A stretch of 56,380 bases of DNA from Dehalococcoidia bacterium (GCA_041494685.1 JBGQBE010000016.1:1-56380); one strand, 5' to 3'; counted from the stretch's first letter, positions 37,500 through 47,209 are shown. Notes: generated from the letters alone by a model not told the origin. A program made the numbers and translations.

Positions 37500-38578
37500 T
37501 GGCAGAACGTGCGCCGACGCCGCAACGTCAGCTGGCGATGGTCTTCGACCTGAACAAGTGCCTCGGCTGCCAGACCTGCTCGATCGCGTGCAAGACGCTC
37601 TGGACGGACCAGGAAGGCATGGAGCACATGTGGTGGAACGTGGTGAACACGCTCCCCGGTGCGGGCTCGCCGCGGAACTGGATGCAGATCGCCGGCGGGT
37701 TCGACCAGGACGGCAAGTCGCGGCCGAGCCAGCTGCCGACGAGCGAAGACTTCGGCGTCGCCTGGGACTACAACTACGACGAAGTCTGGAACGGCGGCCC
37801 CAATACCGTGCTGACCAAGGACCGCGAGACGAACTGGGGCATGAACTGGGACGAAGACCAGGGCGAAGGCGAGTGGCCGAACAACTACTTCTTCTACCTG
37901 CCGCGCATCTGCATGCACTGCACGCGCCCCGCCTGTCTGGAAGCATGCCCTCGCACCGCGATCTACAAGCGCGAGGACAACGGCACGGTGCTGCTGGACG
38001 AGGAGCGGTGCCACGGCTACCGCTTCTGCGCCGAGGCGTGCCCCTACAAGCGCATCTATTTCAACCCGAAGCGCCGCCTGTCGCAGAAGTGCGTGCTCTG
38101 TTTCGCACGCGTCGAACAAGGCGTCGCGCCCGCGTGCATGCGCCAGTGCCCTGGCCGCATCCGCTTCTTCGGCTACCTCGATGACGAGAAGAGCGCGGTC
38201 TACAAGCTGGTCAAGAAGTGGAAGGTCGCGATCCGCCTGCACCCGGAGTTCGGCACGGAGCCGAACCTGTACTACGTGCCGCCGCTTGCGCCGCCGCGTC
38301 TCCTGCCGAACGGCGACGTCGACGAAGCCAACCCCCGCATCCCGAAGGACTACATGGAGTGGCTGTTCGGCAGCGCCGTGTGGCCCGCGCTGGACACGCT
38401 GAAGGCCGAGATCGAGAAGCGGCAGAAGGGTGAGCCGTCCGAGTTGATGGACACGCTCATCGCTTTCGAGCACAAGGACATGTTCGGCGGGTTCTCGAAG
38501 GATCCGGGCACGCTGGACCGCAAGCCCCGTCACGTCGATACGGGCCAGCTGTTCTCACCAGGGACGCAACCAACGTAG
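37499..38578 (+). CDS. Beta subunit 2 (EbdB/NarH-like Fe-S protein)
   Basis: MVFDLNKCLGCQTCSIAC, CMHCTRPACLEACP, CHGYRFCAEACPY and CVLC; TGATG overlap. Confidence 0.94.
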   Translation: MAERAPTPQRQLAMVFDLNKCLGCQTCSIACKTLWTDQEGMEHMWWNVVNTLPGAGSPRNWMQIAGGFDQDGKSRPSQLPTSEDFGVAWDYNYDEVWNGGPNTVLTKDRETNWGMNWDEDQGEGEWPNNYFFYLPRICMHCTRPACLEACPRTAIYKREDNGTVLLDEERCHGYRFCAEACPYKRIYFNPKRRLSQKCVLCFARVEQGVAPACMRQCPGRIRFFGYLDDEKSAVYKLVKKWKVAIRLHPEFGTEPNLYYVPPLAPPRLLPNGDVDEANPRIPKDYMEWLFGSAVWPALDTLKAEIEKRQKGEPSELMDTLIAFEHKDMFGGFSKDPGTLDRKPRHVDTGQLFSPGTQPT

Positions 38579-38589
38579 CGAGGCTGACG

Positions 38590-39555
38590 ATGCGACAGTA
38601 TGTCCTGCACCGAATGCTCCTCAACGTCCCGGTCATCCTGATCGTCGTGACGCTGGTGTTCTTCGCGAGTCACATCCGCCCTGACTTCGCCGAGCAGCGC
38701 GCCGCCCAGGGGCAGTCGAGCACCAAGGATTACGACCAGGCCATCCAGGCGATCCGCCACCAGCTCGGGACCGATAAGCCGCTCTGGCAGCAGTACGTCA
38801 ACTACATGGGCGAGGTCGGGCGCGGCGACTTCGGCACGTCCTTCATCACGGGCCACTCGGTGACCTCCGAGCTGAAGAGCCGTCTCCCCGCTTCGATGGA
38901 GCTCGGCGCGCTGCAGATACTGATCGCGCTGGCCATCGCGCTCCCCATCGGCGTGCTCTCGGCGATCCGCCAGGACACCTGGCTGGACTACCTGCTGCGC
39001 GTCGTCACGGTCCTCGGCGTCGCCGTGCCTTCCTTCTATCTCGGCACGCTGATGCTGCTCTTTGCCACGAAACTGGTCGGCTGGACGCCGCCGCTGGTAC
39101 CGACCGCCTATCGCGAGCTCTGGCAGAACCCCGTCGAGAACCTGAAGATGATGTTCCTGCCCGCGCTCGCCGGCGGCTTTGCCGAGGCGGCGGTGATCAT
39201 GCGGCTGCTGCGCTCCGAACTGCTGGAGGTGCTGCGGCAGGACTACGTGCGCACGGCGTGGGCCAAGGGCCTGCGTGAGCGCGCCGTCGTCATGAGGCAC
39301 GCGCTCCGCAACGCGATGGCGCCCGTGATCACGATCCTCGGCCTGCTGATTGGCATCCTGTTCGGCGGCAACGTGGTGCTGGAGAGCCTGTTCTCGATCC
39401 CGGGAGCGGGCCAGTTCATCGTCATCTCGCTGAACCAGAACGATTTTCCGGTGGTACAGGGCGTCGTGCTGATCATCGCGGTCGCGCTGGTGATGACGAA
39501 CCTGGTCGTGGATCTCGCGTACGCGTGGCTCGATCCGCGCATCCGCTATTCGTGA
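38590..39555 (+). CDS. Peptide/nickel-type ABC permease (DppB-like)
   Basis: GDFGTS, DYVRTAWAKGL...HALRNA and LDPRI motifs. Confidence 0.93.
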   Translation: MRQYVLHRMLLNVPVILIVVTLVFFASHIRPDFAEQRAAQGQSSTKDYDQAIQAIRHQLGTDKPLWQQYVNYMGEVGRGDFGTSFITGHSVTSELKSRLPASMELGALQILIALAIALPIGVLSAIRQDTWLDYLLRVVTVLGVAVPSFYLGTLMLLFATKLVGWTPPLVPTAYRELWQNPVENLKMMFLPALAGGFAEAAVIMRLLRSELLEVLRQDYVRTAWAKGLRERAVVMRHALRNAMAPVITILGLLIGILFGGNVVLESLFSIPGAGQFIVISLNQNDFPVVQGVVLIIAVALVMTNLVVDLAYAWLDPRIRYS

Positions 39556-39581
39556 GGTGATGAGAACATGCTGGTGCGACC

Positions 39582-40544
39582 GTGGCCCGTGAAGTAGCCG
39601 CAATAGGCAGCATCGCCGAGATCGCGCAGGCGCCAATCGCGGAGCGTCCGCCGCGCTTGAGGCAGGCCGCGCGGCTCGCACGCCGCAAGCCGCTCGGTGC
39701 GTTCGGCATGGCGATCATCGTCGTCCTGTGCGCGCTCGCGCTGGCGACGCCGGTGTTCGCCCGGTACGACCCGGCGCAGTCGTTCGACCGGCGCAACCCC
39801 CAGTACGATCCCAATTCGACGGAACTCTACCGGACGGACCGCAACGAGTTCGTCCTCGACGCAAAAACCGCGCCCAGCATGAAACACTGGCTCGGCACCG
39901 ACGACGCCGGCCGCGACATCTGGGCGCGCATCGCCTGGGGCACGCGCCGCACGCTCGGGATCGCCGTCGCCTCGCTCGCGATCGCCGTCGTCGCCGGCAC
40001 GCTCATGGGCGTGATATCAGGCTACTTCGGCGGCATTGTCGACACGCTTGTGCAGCGCCTGCTCGACTCCATGCAGGCGTTCCCACCACTCCTGCTCTTA
40101 CTGCTGATCGCCAGTGCGTTCCAGCTCACGATGCGCAACCTGATCTTCGCGCTCGGCTTCGTCGGCATCACGCAGGTCTCGCGGCTCGTGCGCGGCAAGG
40201 TCCTCACCCTGCGGGAACTGCCGTTCATCGAGGCCGGACGCGTGATCGGCGCATCCGACATGCGGCTGATGCTGCGACACATCCTTCCGAACACGATGGG
40301 CCCGGTCATCGTCGTATTCACGATGGGCCTCGGCAACGTGATCATCGCCGAGGCCAGCCTGTCGTTCCTCGGCCTGACGCACGGCATCTCGTGGGGACAG
40401 ATGCTGAATTCCGGCCGCAACTTCATCAACTCCTCACCGTGGCAGGCGGTGTTCAGCGGACTTGCCATCACGATGGCGGTCCTCGCGTTCAACCTTGTGG
40501 GCGACGCTCTGCGGGACATCCTGGACCCGCGGCTGCGCGTGTAG
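39582..40544 (+). CDS. Peptide/nickel-type ABC permease (DppC-like)
   Basis: HWLGTDDAGRD, FIEAG..IGAS...HILPN and GDALRDILDPR motifs. Confidence 0.93.
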   Translation: MAREVAAIGSIAEIAQAPIAERPPRLRQAARLARRKPLGAFGMAIIVVLCALALATPVFARYDPAQSFDRRNPQYDPNSTELYRTDRNEFVLDAKTAPSMKHWLGTDDAGRDIWARIAWGTRRTLGIAVASLAIAVVAGTLMGVISGYFGGIVDTLVQRLLDSMQAFPPLLLLLLIASAFQLTMRNLIFALGFVGITQVSRLVRGKVLTLRELPFIEAGRVIGASDMRLMLRHILPNTMGPVIVVFTMGLGNVIIAEASLSFLGLTHGISWGQMLNSGRNFINSSPWQAVFSGLAITMAVLAFNLVGDALRDILDPRLRV

Positions 40545-40590
40545 GCATCGGCCCCGGCGGAGGGACGCCGGCAGGCAGAGGGAGGAAGCG

Positions 40591-42453
40591 ATGGGACGGG
40601 ACAACTACTGGCGCAAGATGCAGGAAGCGCGCATCACCCGGCGCAAGGTGCTGCGAGGCGGCGCCGCGATCGGCGCCGGCATCGCCGGCATCGCGATCGT
40701 CGGTTGCAGCGACAGCGGCAAGGGCGGCACGCAGACCAGCACCGGCACGTCGTCACCGGGTGCCCAGCCGACGGTCGCGCAGTCGACGGCGGCGAAGACG
40801 AAGGGCGGCATCTTCCGCTCGTTCGCTTTCGACCCGCTGTCCATCGACACCTTCGATCCGCACCAGACGCAGTTCGGCCCGATGTACAACATGCATTCGG
40901 CCGTATTCAGCAAGGTGCTGCAGTACGACGACGATGCCAACCAGGTGATGAGCCCGGACCTGGCGGACGGCATGCCGGAGCAGCCGGACAAGCTCACCTA
41001 CATCATCAAGATCCGCAGGGGCGCGAAGTTCCACGACAGCGGCCGCGCGCGCAGCAACTTCCCGAACGTCGCCGGCCGCGAGCTCACCGCGGAAGACGTC
41101 AAGTACAGCATCGAGCGGCAGATCAACCCGAACAGCCCGCAACGCGCGCTCTTCTACCGCGCCGGGCAGTGGAAGACCATCGACAAGCTGGAACTGGTCG
41201 ACACGTATACGCTGCGCATCACGACGAAGTCGCCGACGGCGCCCTTCCTCCACTATCTCGCCGACCGCAACGCGCACATCATCGCGAAGGAACTCGTCGA
41301 CGCGAACGACACCATGAACTCCGACAAGACCATGGTGGGTACTGGCCCGTTCCAGCTCGACGATTTCAAGGCCATCGAAGTCGTCAAGGCGCGACGCAAC
41401 CCGGCCTGGTTCGCCGCCGACGACAACCCCCGCGGTATCGGCACGGGCCGGCCGTTCCTCGACGGCTACGACGCGCTGTGGACGCCGCAGAGCGACTCCA
41501 CGCAGGAGGCGGCGCTGAACAGCAAGCAGGTCGACTCGACTGGCTTCGCCGACGACTCCACCACGCAGCGCGTGGCAAAGAACGCCGGCATGGTGTTCAG
41601 CGAGATGGGCACCGCGGGATTCCTGAATACCCGCCTCTGGATGTCCGAGAAATCGCCGTTCAAGGACTTCCGCCTCCGCAAGGCGATGCACCTCGCCGTG
41701 GACCGCGAGCGCATCGGCCAGCAGATGTACCCGGGCGCGCCGGGCCTCAAGAGCTTCCTGGTCGTCGGCCCGGTCTCCTATCCGATCAAGGCGTGGGCGA
41801 TCCCGCAGGCGCAACTGGAGCAGAAGCCCGGCTACCGGTCCGACAAGGCGGGCCGCGACGAAGACATCGCTGAGGCGAAGAAGCTCTGGGCGGCCGGGAA
41901 CGGCCCGTCCTCGACGAAGATGATCTTCGCCGGCATCCCCGCATATATCCCCGAGAAGGCGATGCCGGAGATGAAGCGGCAGCTGCAGGAAGTACTGGGG
42001 CTCACGATCGAAGAGACGGTGGATCCCACCGGCTACAACGGACTGGCGCAGGCGTTCCTGCACGACGCTGCGGACGAGACTGACGGCGTGTTCCCTTCGA
42101 GCTGGGGCTTCGACAACGGCTGGATCGACCTGGATGATTGGCTGTACCCATACTTCCACACCGGCGGCACCAAGAACTCCTTCCTGCTCTCCGATCCGGC
42201 CCTCGACGCCAAGCTCGACGCCCAGCGCGCGGAGTTCGACACGAAGAACCGGCAGGCGTTGGGGTACGACCTGCAGAACTATCTGCTCGAGAGCGTCCTC
42301 GCGCGGCTCGATTACTGTTCGCCGGTGACGCGCGGCGTCTCGTGGTCATACGTCAAGAATACGTTCGAGGCCACATGGTTCGGGTCCAACTTCCTGTTTG
42401 CGAACGTGTGGATCGATCAGGGCGACCCCAATTACTCGGGTCGACCGGCGTAG
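40591..42453 (+). CDS. Family 5 ABC solute-binding protein, Tat lipoprotein
   Basis: ITRRKVL twin-arginine motif, IVGC lipobox, ELTAEDVKYS and VGTGPF; GGAGG RBS. Confidence 0.92.
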   Translation: MGRDNYWRKMQEARITRRKVLRGGAAIGAGIAGIAIVGCSDSGKGGTQTSTGTSSPGAQPTVAQSTAAKTKGGIFRSFAFDPLSIDTFDPHQTQFGPMYNMHSAVFSKVLQYDDDANQVMSPDLADGMPEQPDKLTYIIKIRRGAKFHDSGRARSNFPNVAGRELTAEDVKYSIERQINPNSPQRALFYRAGQWKTIDKLELVDTYTLRITTKSPTAPFLHYLADRNAHIIAKELVDANDTMNSDKTMVGTGPFQLDDFKAIEVVKARRNPAWFAADDNPRGIGTGRPFLDGYDALWTPQSDSTQEAALNSKQVDSTGFADDSTTQRVAKNAGMVFSEMGTAGFLNTRLWMSEKSPFKDFRLRKAMHLAVDRERIGQQMYPGAPGLKSFLVVGPVSYPIKAWAIPQAQLEQKPGYRSDKAGRDEDIAEAKKLWAAGNGPSSTKMIFAGIPAYIPEKAMPEMKRQLQEVLGLTIEETVDPTGYNGLAQAFLHDAADETDGVFPSSWGFDNGWIDLDDWLYPYFHTGGTKNSFLLSDPALDAKLDAQRAEFDTKNRQALGYDLQNYLLESVLARLDYCSPVTRGVSWSYVKNTFEATWFGSNFLFANVWIDQGDPNYSGRPA

Positions 42454-42504
42454 GGAGGGAGCGCACCGGCGGCGACGCCAACGCATCCCGCGCGTCATGG
42501 AGTA

Positions 42505-43938
42505 GTGCCGTTGAACAGGGAGGATTCGAGACAGAGCGACACGGGGCGGTCCGGGTCCGCACTCGCGGACCACGACCTTCCGATTAACCGCGCATTGCGC
42601 CAGCTCCGCCGCATGACGATGGTCGTGCCGTTGCTGTTCATCGCGGTGCTGGAGGTCGCCGTTCACCTGGTGATCGGCGACCGGATCCCGCGTGTGACCG
42701 CGGTGCTGCTGATCTTCGTCCTCGTTGCCGGCGGCTCGGCCGTGTTCTCGCTGCTCGTCTTCCACTTCCTGAAGCGCATCCAGGATCGCCTCATCCAACG
42801 GAACCGCCAGATTGCCGCCGTCCACAGCGCCGGCCTGTCGCTGGCGTCCGAGATGACGCTCGAACCCCTGTTGCGCAAGTTCGTCGGCCTGGCGTGCGAG
42901 ATCACCAACGCGAAGTACGGGGCACTCGGCATCACCGGCGCCGATGGGCGACTGGAGCGCCTGATCACCTCCGGCCTCAGCGATGACGAACGCACCAACA
43001 TCGGCCCAACTCCGGACGGACACGGGCTCCTCGGTCTGATGATCGGCGAGGGCGCCACCCTCCGGATGAAGGATCTCACGCAGGATCCGCGCTCTGTGGG
43101 CTTCCCGCCCCACCACCCGTCCATGCGCACGCTCCTCGGGGTGCCGGTCGTATACAAGGACAACATCGTCGGCCACCTGTACCTGGGCGATAAGCAGGGC
43201 GCGGACGAATTCAGCCGCGAAGACGAGGAGATGGTGCAACTGTTCGCCGCGCAGGCGGCGGTGTCGATCGAGGCAGCCCGCCTGCTGGAGCGGTCGCAAG
43301 ACCTCGCCATCCTGGAGGAGCGCGAGCGGATCGGCATGGATCTGCATGACGGCGTGATCCAGACGCTGTACGGCGTCGGACTGAACCTGGAAGACTGCGC
43401 CGCGTCCGTGGCCACCGAACCGGACGCCGTGGCGGATCGGCTCGACAAGACGGTCAACGACCTCAATCAGGTCATCAAGAACATCCGCGGCTACATCTTC
43501 CATCTGCGGCCTGCGGAGTATGGCGCCGGCACGCTGACCGATGCGCTGCGTGACCTCGCGGAAGAGGTGCACGTGAACTCGCTCATCGACGTGGAGGTCG
43601 ACACGGATGACGTCGACACGTCGCAGCTGCCCAAGCCCGTGGCCGAGAACCTCTTCCACATCGCGCAGGAGGCGCTGGCCAACGTGTCGAAGCACTCCCG
43701 CGCGACGCGAGCCTGGATCCGGCTGCGCTCAGACGGCAACATCCTCGCGCTGGCGATCCGCGACAACGGCCGTGGCTTCGAACCCGCGTCGTCGGCCGGC
43801 GTCGGGCATCGCGGACTCGGCAACATCGCCGACCGCGCCCGGGCCATCGGCGGCGCCCTGGAAATGACGAGCACAACCGGCATCGGCACGACCATTTGTG
43901 TCGATGTTCCGCTTGAGCGGGAGCAGTCCCATGTCTGA
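42505..43938 (+). CDS. Membrane GAF-domain histidine kinase, DosS/DevS-like
   Basis: Two TM helices; GAF segment GLLG...DPRSVGFPPHHPSMRTLLGVP; ERERIGMDLHD, QEALANV and DNGRGF. Confidence 0.9.
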   Translation: MPLNREDSRQSDTGRSGSALADHDLPINRALRQLRRMTMVVPLLFIAVLEVAVHLVIGDRIPRVTAVLLIFVLVAGGSAVFSLLVFHFLKRIQDRLIQRNRQIAAVHSAGLSLASEMTLEPLLRKFVGLACEITNAKYGALGITGADGRLERLITSGLSDDERTNIGPTPDGHGLLGLMIGEGATLRMKDLTQDPRSVGFPPHHPSMRTLLGVPVVYKDNIVGHLYLGDKQGADEFSREDEEMVQLFAAQAAVSIEAARLLERSQDLAILEERERIGMDLHDGVIQTLYGVGLNLEDCAASVATEPDAVADRLDKTVNDLNQVIKNIRGYIFHLRPAEYGAGTLTDALRDLAEEVHVNSLIDVEVDTDDVDTSQLPKPVAENLFHIAQEALANVSKHSRATRAWIRLRSDGNILALAIRDNGRGFEPASSAGVGHRGLGNIADRARAIGGALEMTSTTGIGTTICVDVPLEREQSHV

Positions 43939-44581
43939 CCAGATCCGCGTCCTGATCGTCGATGAGCACGAGATCGTCCGCGAGGGCTTGCGGGCCGTAC
44001 TGGGGCGCCGGCCGGGCTTCTGCGTGGTCGGCGAGGCCTCCTCCATCGCCGACGCCGTCGAAGAGGTCACCCGCACCACTCCCGATGTCGTCCTGATGGA
44101 TGTGCATCTCGGAGATGCGTCCGGTGTCGACGCCTGCCGCTCCATCCACGAGCACTCACCGCAGGTCAAGATCATCATGCTCACCCCCCACGCGGATGAC
44201 GATCTGGTCATGGACTCGATCCTTGCCGGCGCGTCCGGCTTCATCCTCCAGCGCGTGAGCGGTGACGCGCTCCTGGACGCCATCGCCAGCGTTGCCGCGG
44301 GCGGCTTCCTGCTGGACCCCGTCGTCACGTCGCACGTGCTCGACCGGCTCCGCGCGGTCGGCACCCGGCGAGAAGATCAAATGGATCCCCTGTCGTCACA
44401 GGAACGGCGCGTACTGGCGCTGATCGCGGAAGGGAAGACAAATCGGGAGATCGCCGCCGCGATCGGCCTGAGCGAGAAGACGGTCAAGAACTACGTCAGC
44501 AGCATCCTCAACAAGCTCAGAATGCACCGCCGGTCGGAGGCCGCGGCGTTCGTCGCGCGACAGACAGCTCGCGACGAGTGA
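43931..44581 (+). CDS. NarL/LuxR response regulator, DosR/DevR-like
   Basis: Receiver domain (LMD) and HTH GKTNREIA...SEKTVKNYVS.IL.KL.M.RR. Confidence 0.92.
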   Translation: MSDQIRVLIVDEHEIVREGLRAVLGRRPGFCVVGEASSIADAVEEVTRTTPDVVLMDVHLGDASGVDACRSIHEHSPQVKIIMLTPHADDDLVMDSILAGASGFILQRVSGDALLDAIASVAAGGFLLDPVVTSHVLDRLRAVGTRREDQMDPLSSQERRVLALIAEGKTNREIAAAIGLSEKTVKNYVSSILNKLRMHRRSEAAAFVARQTARDE

Positions 44582-44641
44582 CCGCCGCTGGCTGGCCATC
44601 GCGGCGGCGTAGGCAGCCGTGCCGTCACCTCGCCCGCTCGT

Positions 44642-44735
44642 CTGCTGCCTCCCGTCTGTTGTCGCCGGCCCTTTGCTGTTTGCCGTTTGCTGTTTGCTGT
44701 CAGCAATCTGCGGTCTGCCGTCCGCTGCCTGCCGT
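44642..44735. repeat. Imperfect 7-bp tandem repeat (YTGCYGT) between convergent genes
   Basis: ttgctgt ttgccgt ttgctgt ttgctgt cagcaat ctgcggt ctgccgt ccgctgc ctgccgt, with looser units upstream. Confidence 0.78.
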
Positions 44736-44746
44736 CTATGCTCCGG

Positions 44747-45229
44747 TCAGATGGGATCGAGCAGCCGGATCCGGTAGACGCAGTTCTGCGCGCCCGTCGC
44801 CACCGACTCGACGAGCGACACTTCCGCGCGCCGGCGGGCGTGCCGCTCGATCAGCAACCGGACCCACGTCTCGCCGCACAGGCACAGCTTCGGATCGAGG
44901 CGTATCACCTGCTGCCGGACGTGCGGACACACGCACTCGCCCTCGTGCAACTCCGTCCACAGCAACTCGTCGTCACCGGCGGATTCGACACGCACGCGGC
45001 TCGGACCGGAGATCTTCATCCGTTCGAGAAACGTGTCGAAGTCAAGGTCCGGCGGGATATCGGCGAGTGCGACGAACGCATGCACGCAAGCCTCTGCCTG
45101 CGTGTCCATCACGCGCCGCAGCGGCTCACCCTCCAGCCCGTAGATGCCCTCGTACAGCCCGCCGACGAGGTCGTCGCGGAAGGTCCGCATGAGCTGCTCC
45201 ACCCAGTCGCCGCCGCCGCTCGCGCTCAT
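44747..45229 (-). CDS. Cys-rich V4R-like small protein
   Basis: CVCP...CLC...VESVATGAQNCVYRI pattern; ATGA overlap with the upstream gene. Confidence 0.7.
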   Translation of the reverse strand: MSASGGGDWVEQLMRTFRDDLVGGLYEGIYGLEGEPLRRVMDTQAEACVHAFVALADIPPDLDFDTFLERMKISGPSRVRVESAGDDELLWTELHEGECVCPHVRQQVIRLDPKLCLCGETWVRLLIERHARRRAEVSLVESVATGAQNCVYRIRLLDPI

Positions 45230-45531
45230 GGCGTCGCCGCCGTGTGTGATGGCTCGCGCATCAAGATCCCTCCCGGCATCATGTGCCAGACCCGCGTGAC
45301 CTCCGGCAGGACGCTTGCGATATCGTCCTCGGTGCAGGCCGCCGGGCGCGCGACCTCAAACTGCGCCTTCGCTTGCTGGTTCGCCGCCTGGATCCCGTCG
45401 CTCAACGCCGTTGACAGCAGCGTGCGGTCGCAACTGCCGCCGCCGCCCGGCTGCGCCCAGACGACCACCCCGACGGCCACCGCCACCACCAGCGCGACGG
45501 CGCCAATGGCGGGTGCCAGCCACTTCGTCAT
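45226..45531 (-). CDS. Small exported hypothetical protein
   Basis: GGAGG RBS, N-terminal hydrophobic helix, two Cys and a C-terminal HMMPGGILM...H segment. Confidence 0.7.
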   Translation of the reverse strand: MTKWLAPAIGAVALVVAVAVGVVVWAQPGGGGSCDRTLLSTALSDGIQAANQQAKAQFEVARPAACTEDDIASVLPEVTRVWHMMPGGILMREPSHTAATP

Positions 45532-45676
45532 GCCGCCTCCAATCTCTGCGTAAGGCTACGGCTCGACGCCGAATCCCCGGTAGGTACACTCGGCCCCATC
45601 GGTGGTGACACTTGGGGTCGCGCACGGCGCCGCCTGGCACGCGAGCCTCTCCGGCGTCGCCTGTCAACATCGTATC

Positions 45677-45692
45677 CCGGCCGTTCGGCCCT
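45677..45692. promoter_or_regulatory. DosR/OsdR-like box
   Basis: CCGGCCGTTCGGCCCT in a divergent intergenic region. Confidence 0.5.
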
Positions 45693-45727
45693 CCCGCCAC
45701 GGCCCTGTTCCGCTGACAATACCGGAG

Positions 45728-47023
45728 ATGTCAACCGACGAGGCAAGGGTCGTGGTGCCCGCCGTCCGGCGCTCACCGGTGCGCGCACTCCGCCACCGCG
45801 ACTACTCCCTGATGTGGCTCGGCATCCTCTTCGGCAGCGCCCTCGTCCCCATGCAGTTCGTCACACAGATCCTCTTCCTCTCCGAGCACAGCGGCGAAAG
45901 TTCACGCCTCGTGCTCTCCGGCCTCCTTGGCGCCGCGCGCGGTGCCGCCATGCTCACGTTCAGCCTGTTCGGCGGCGCGCTCGCCGATCGCTTCGACCGC
46001 CGCCGTCTGCTCATGGTGTCGCAGTCGCTCGGCCTCCTGACCGGCGCCGCCATCGCGGCCGTCATGCTCACGACGCCAGGCGGCCAGACGCTTACGCTCT
46101 CGCTGTTCATCGCGCTCATCTTCGTGGGCGCGGGGCTCGGTTCGATCGACAGCCCGACCCGCCTCTCGATGGTCCCGGAGCTCGTCGGGCGCGAGGACCT
46201 CCCCAACGCCATCGCGCTCGACGCCGTCGCGTTCCAGCTCGGGTTTCCGCTGGGCCTGCCGCTCACCGGCGTGCTCATCGACCACATCGGGTTCGGATGG
46301 ACCTACGTGGTCACGCTGGGTGCCTACGCGTCGCTCATCATCACCGTGGCGCTCATGAAGTACCGGCCCCCGCGCCGGACGGGCTACCTCCGCGCGTCGC
46401 TGCTCGCCGATATCCGCTTCGGGGTCTCGTACGCCCGCAACCGACCCGCGGTGCTGTGGATCATCGCCATCTCCTTCGCGATCAGCGGCCTGGGGCTGCC
46501 CGTAGTGGCGAATCTCGGGCCCGTCTGGACGAGTCGCGTGCTCGGGCTCTCCCCCACCGGCGTCGGCCTTCTCGCCATGACGTGGGGCGTCGGCTCCATG
46601 GTGGCCTCGCTCGTCATGACCAACGTCGGGCACTTCAAGGCCAAGGGATATCTCGTGATCTGCGCGGCCGCCGGGTTCGCCGCGTGCGTCGTGCTGTTCG
46701 GCTACTCGCGGATCATCCCGCTCAGCGCCGTCATCAACCTTGGCCTCGGCAGCATGCTCACGGTCTCAGGCGTCGCATCGACGTCGCTCGTGCAGCGCAT
46801 GGTCCACAACGATGTCCAGGGCCGCGTGATGAGCCTGTTCATGATGAGCCAGGGAGTCTCTCAACTGCTGACCTTGCCGATCGGCGGCTTTGCCCAATGG
46901 GCGACGCTCCAACTCACGATGCCGCTCATGGGCTGGATCAGCCTGGCGACGGTCGCGGTCATAGCGCTGACGCAACCGGCGCTCCGCAACGCCGGACGCC
47001 AGGGCCCGGCGGCCGACCCGTGA
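45728..47023 (+). CDS. MFS transporter
   Basis: GGALADRFDRRRLL motif A, 12 hydrophobic segments and QGRVMS. Confidence 0.92.
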   Translation: MSTDEARVVVPAVRRSPVRALRHRDYSLMWLGILFGSALVPMQFVTQILFLSEHSGESSRLVLSGLLGAARGAAMLTFSLFGGALADRFDRRRLLMVSQSLGLLTGAAIAAVMLTTPGGQTLTLSLFIALIFVGAGLGSIDSPTRLSMVPELVGREDLPNAIALDAVAFQLGFPLGLPLTGVLIDHIGFGWTYVVTLGAYASLIITVALMKYRPPRRTGYLRASLLADIRFGVSYARNRPAVLWIIAISFAISGLGLPVVANLGPVWTSRVLGLSPTGVGLLAMTWGVGSMVASLVMTNVGHFKAKGYLVICAAAGFAACVVLFGYSRIIPLSAVINLGLGSMLTVSGVASTSLVQRMVHNDVQGRVMSLFMMSQGVSQLLTLPIGGFAQWATLQLTMPLMGWISLATVAVIALTQPALRNAGRQGPAADP

Positions 47024-47094
47024 CGCCGGCCGCGACGGACGGCGAATCCGCACTCGATACACGCTCATCCCCTGCTGGCTGCCACCGCCACCCT

Positions 47095-47161
47095 CGGGCC
47101 ATAAGACCCCACGACTCCGGGCCGATCGACACCAGAACGGCCCCTCCGGACGGTCTACAGT
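47095..47161 (+). promoter_or_regulatory. DosR/OsdR-like boxes plus putative -10 (TACAGT)
   Basis: CGGGCCATAAGACCCC and CGGGCCGATCGACACC; same layout as the 6637-6702 element on the minus strand. Confidence 0.62.
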
Positions 47162-47209
47162 TGCGGTGCGAGTGTAGGGCCGGTCAGCCGTGGGGCTGAT
47201 CGCAGCGAA

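Noticed and set aside
15064..38578. Respiratory nitrate reductase NarGHI
   Set aside because: The alphas are about 940-970 aa (NarG is about 1,200+), no NarI is present and the partners are EbdC-type.
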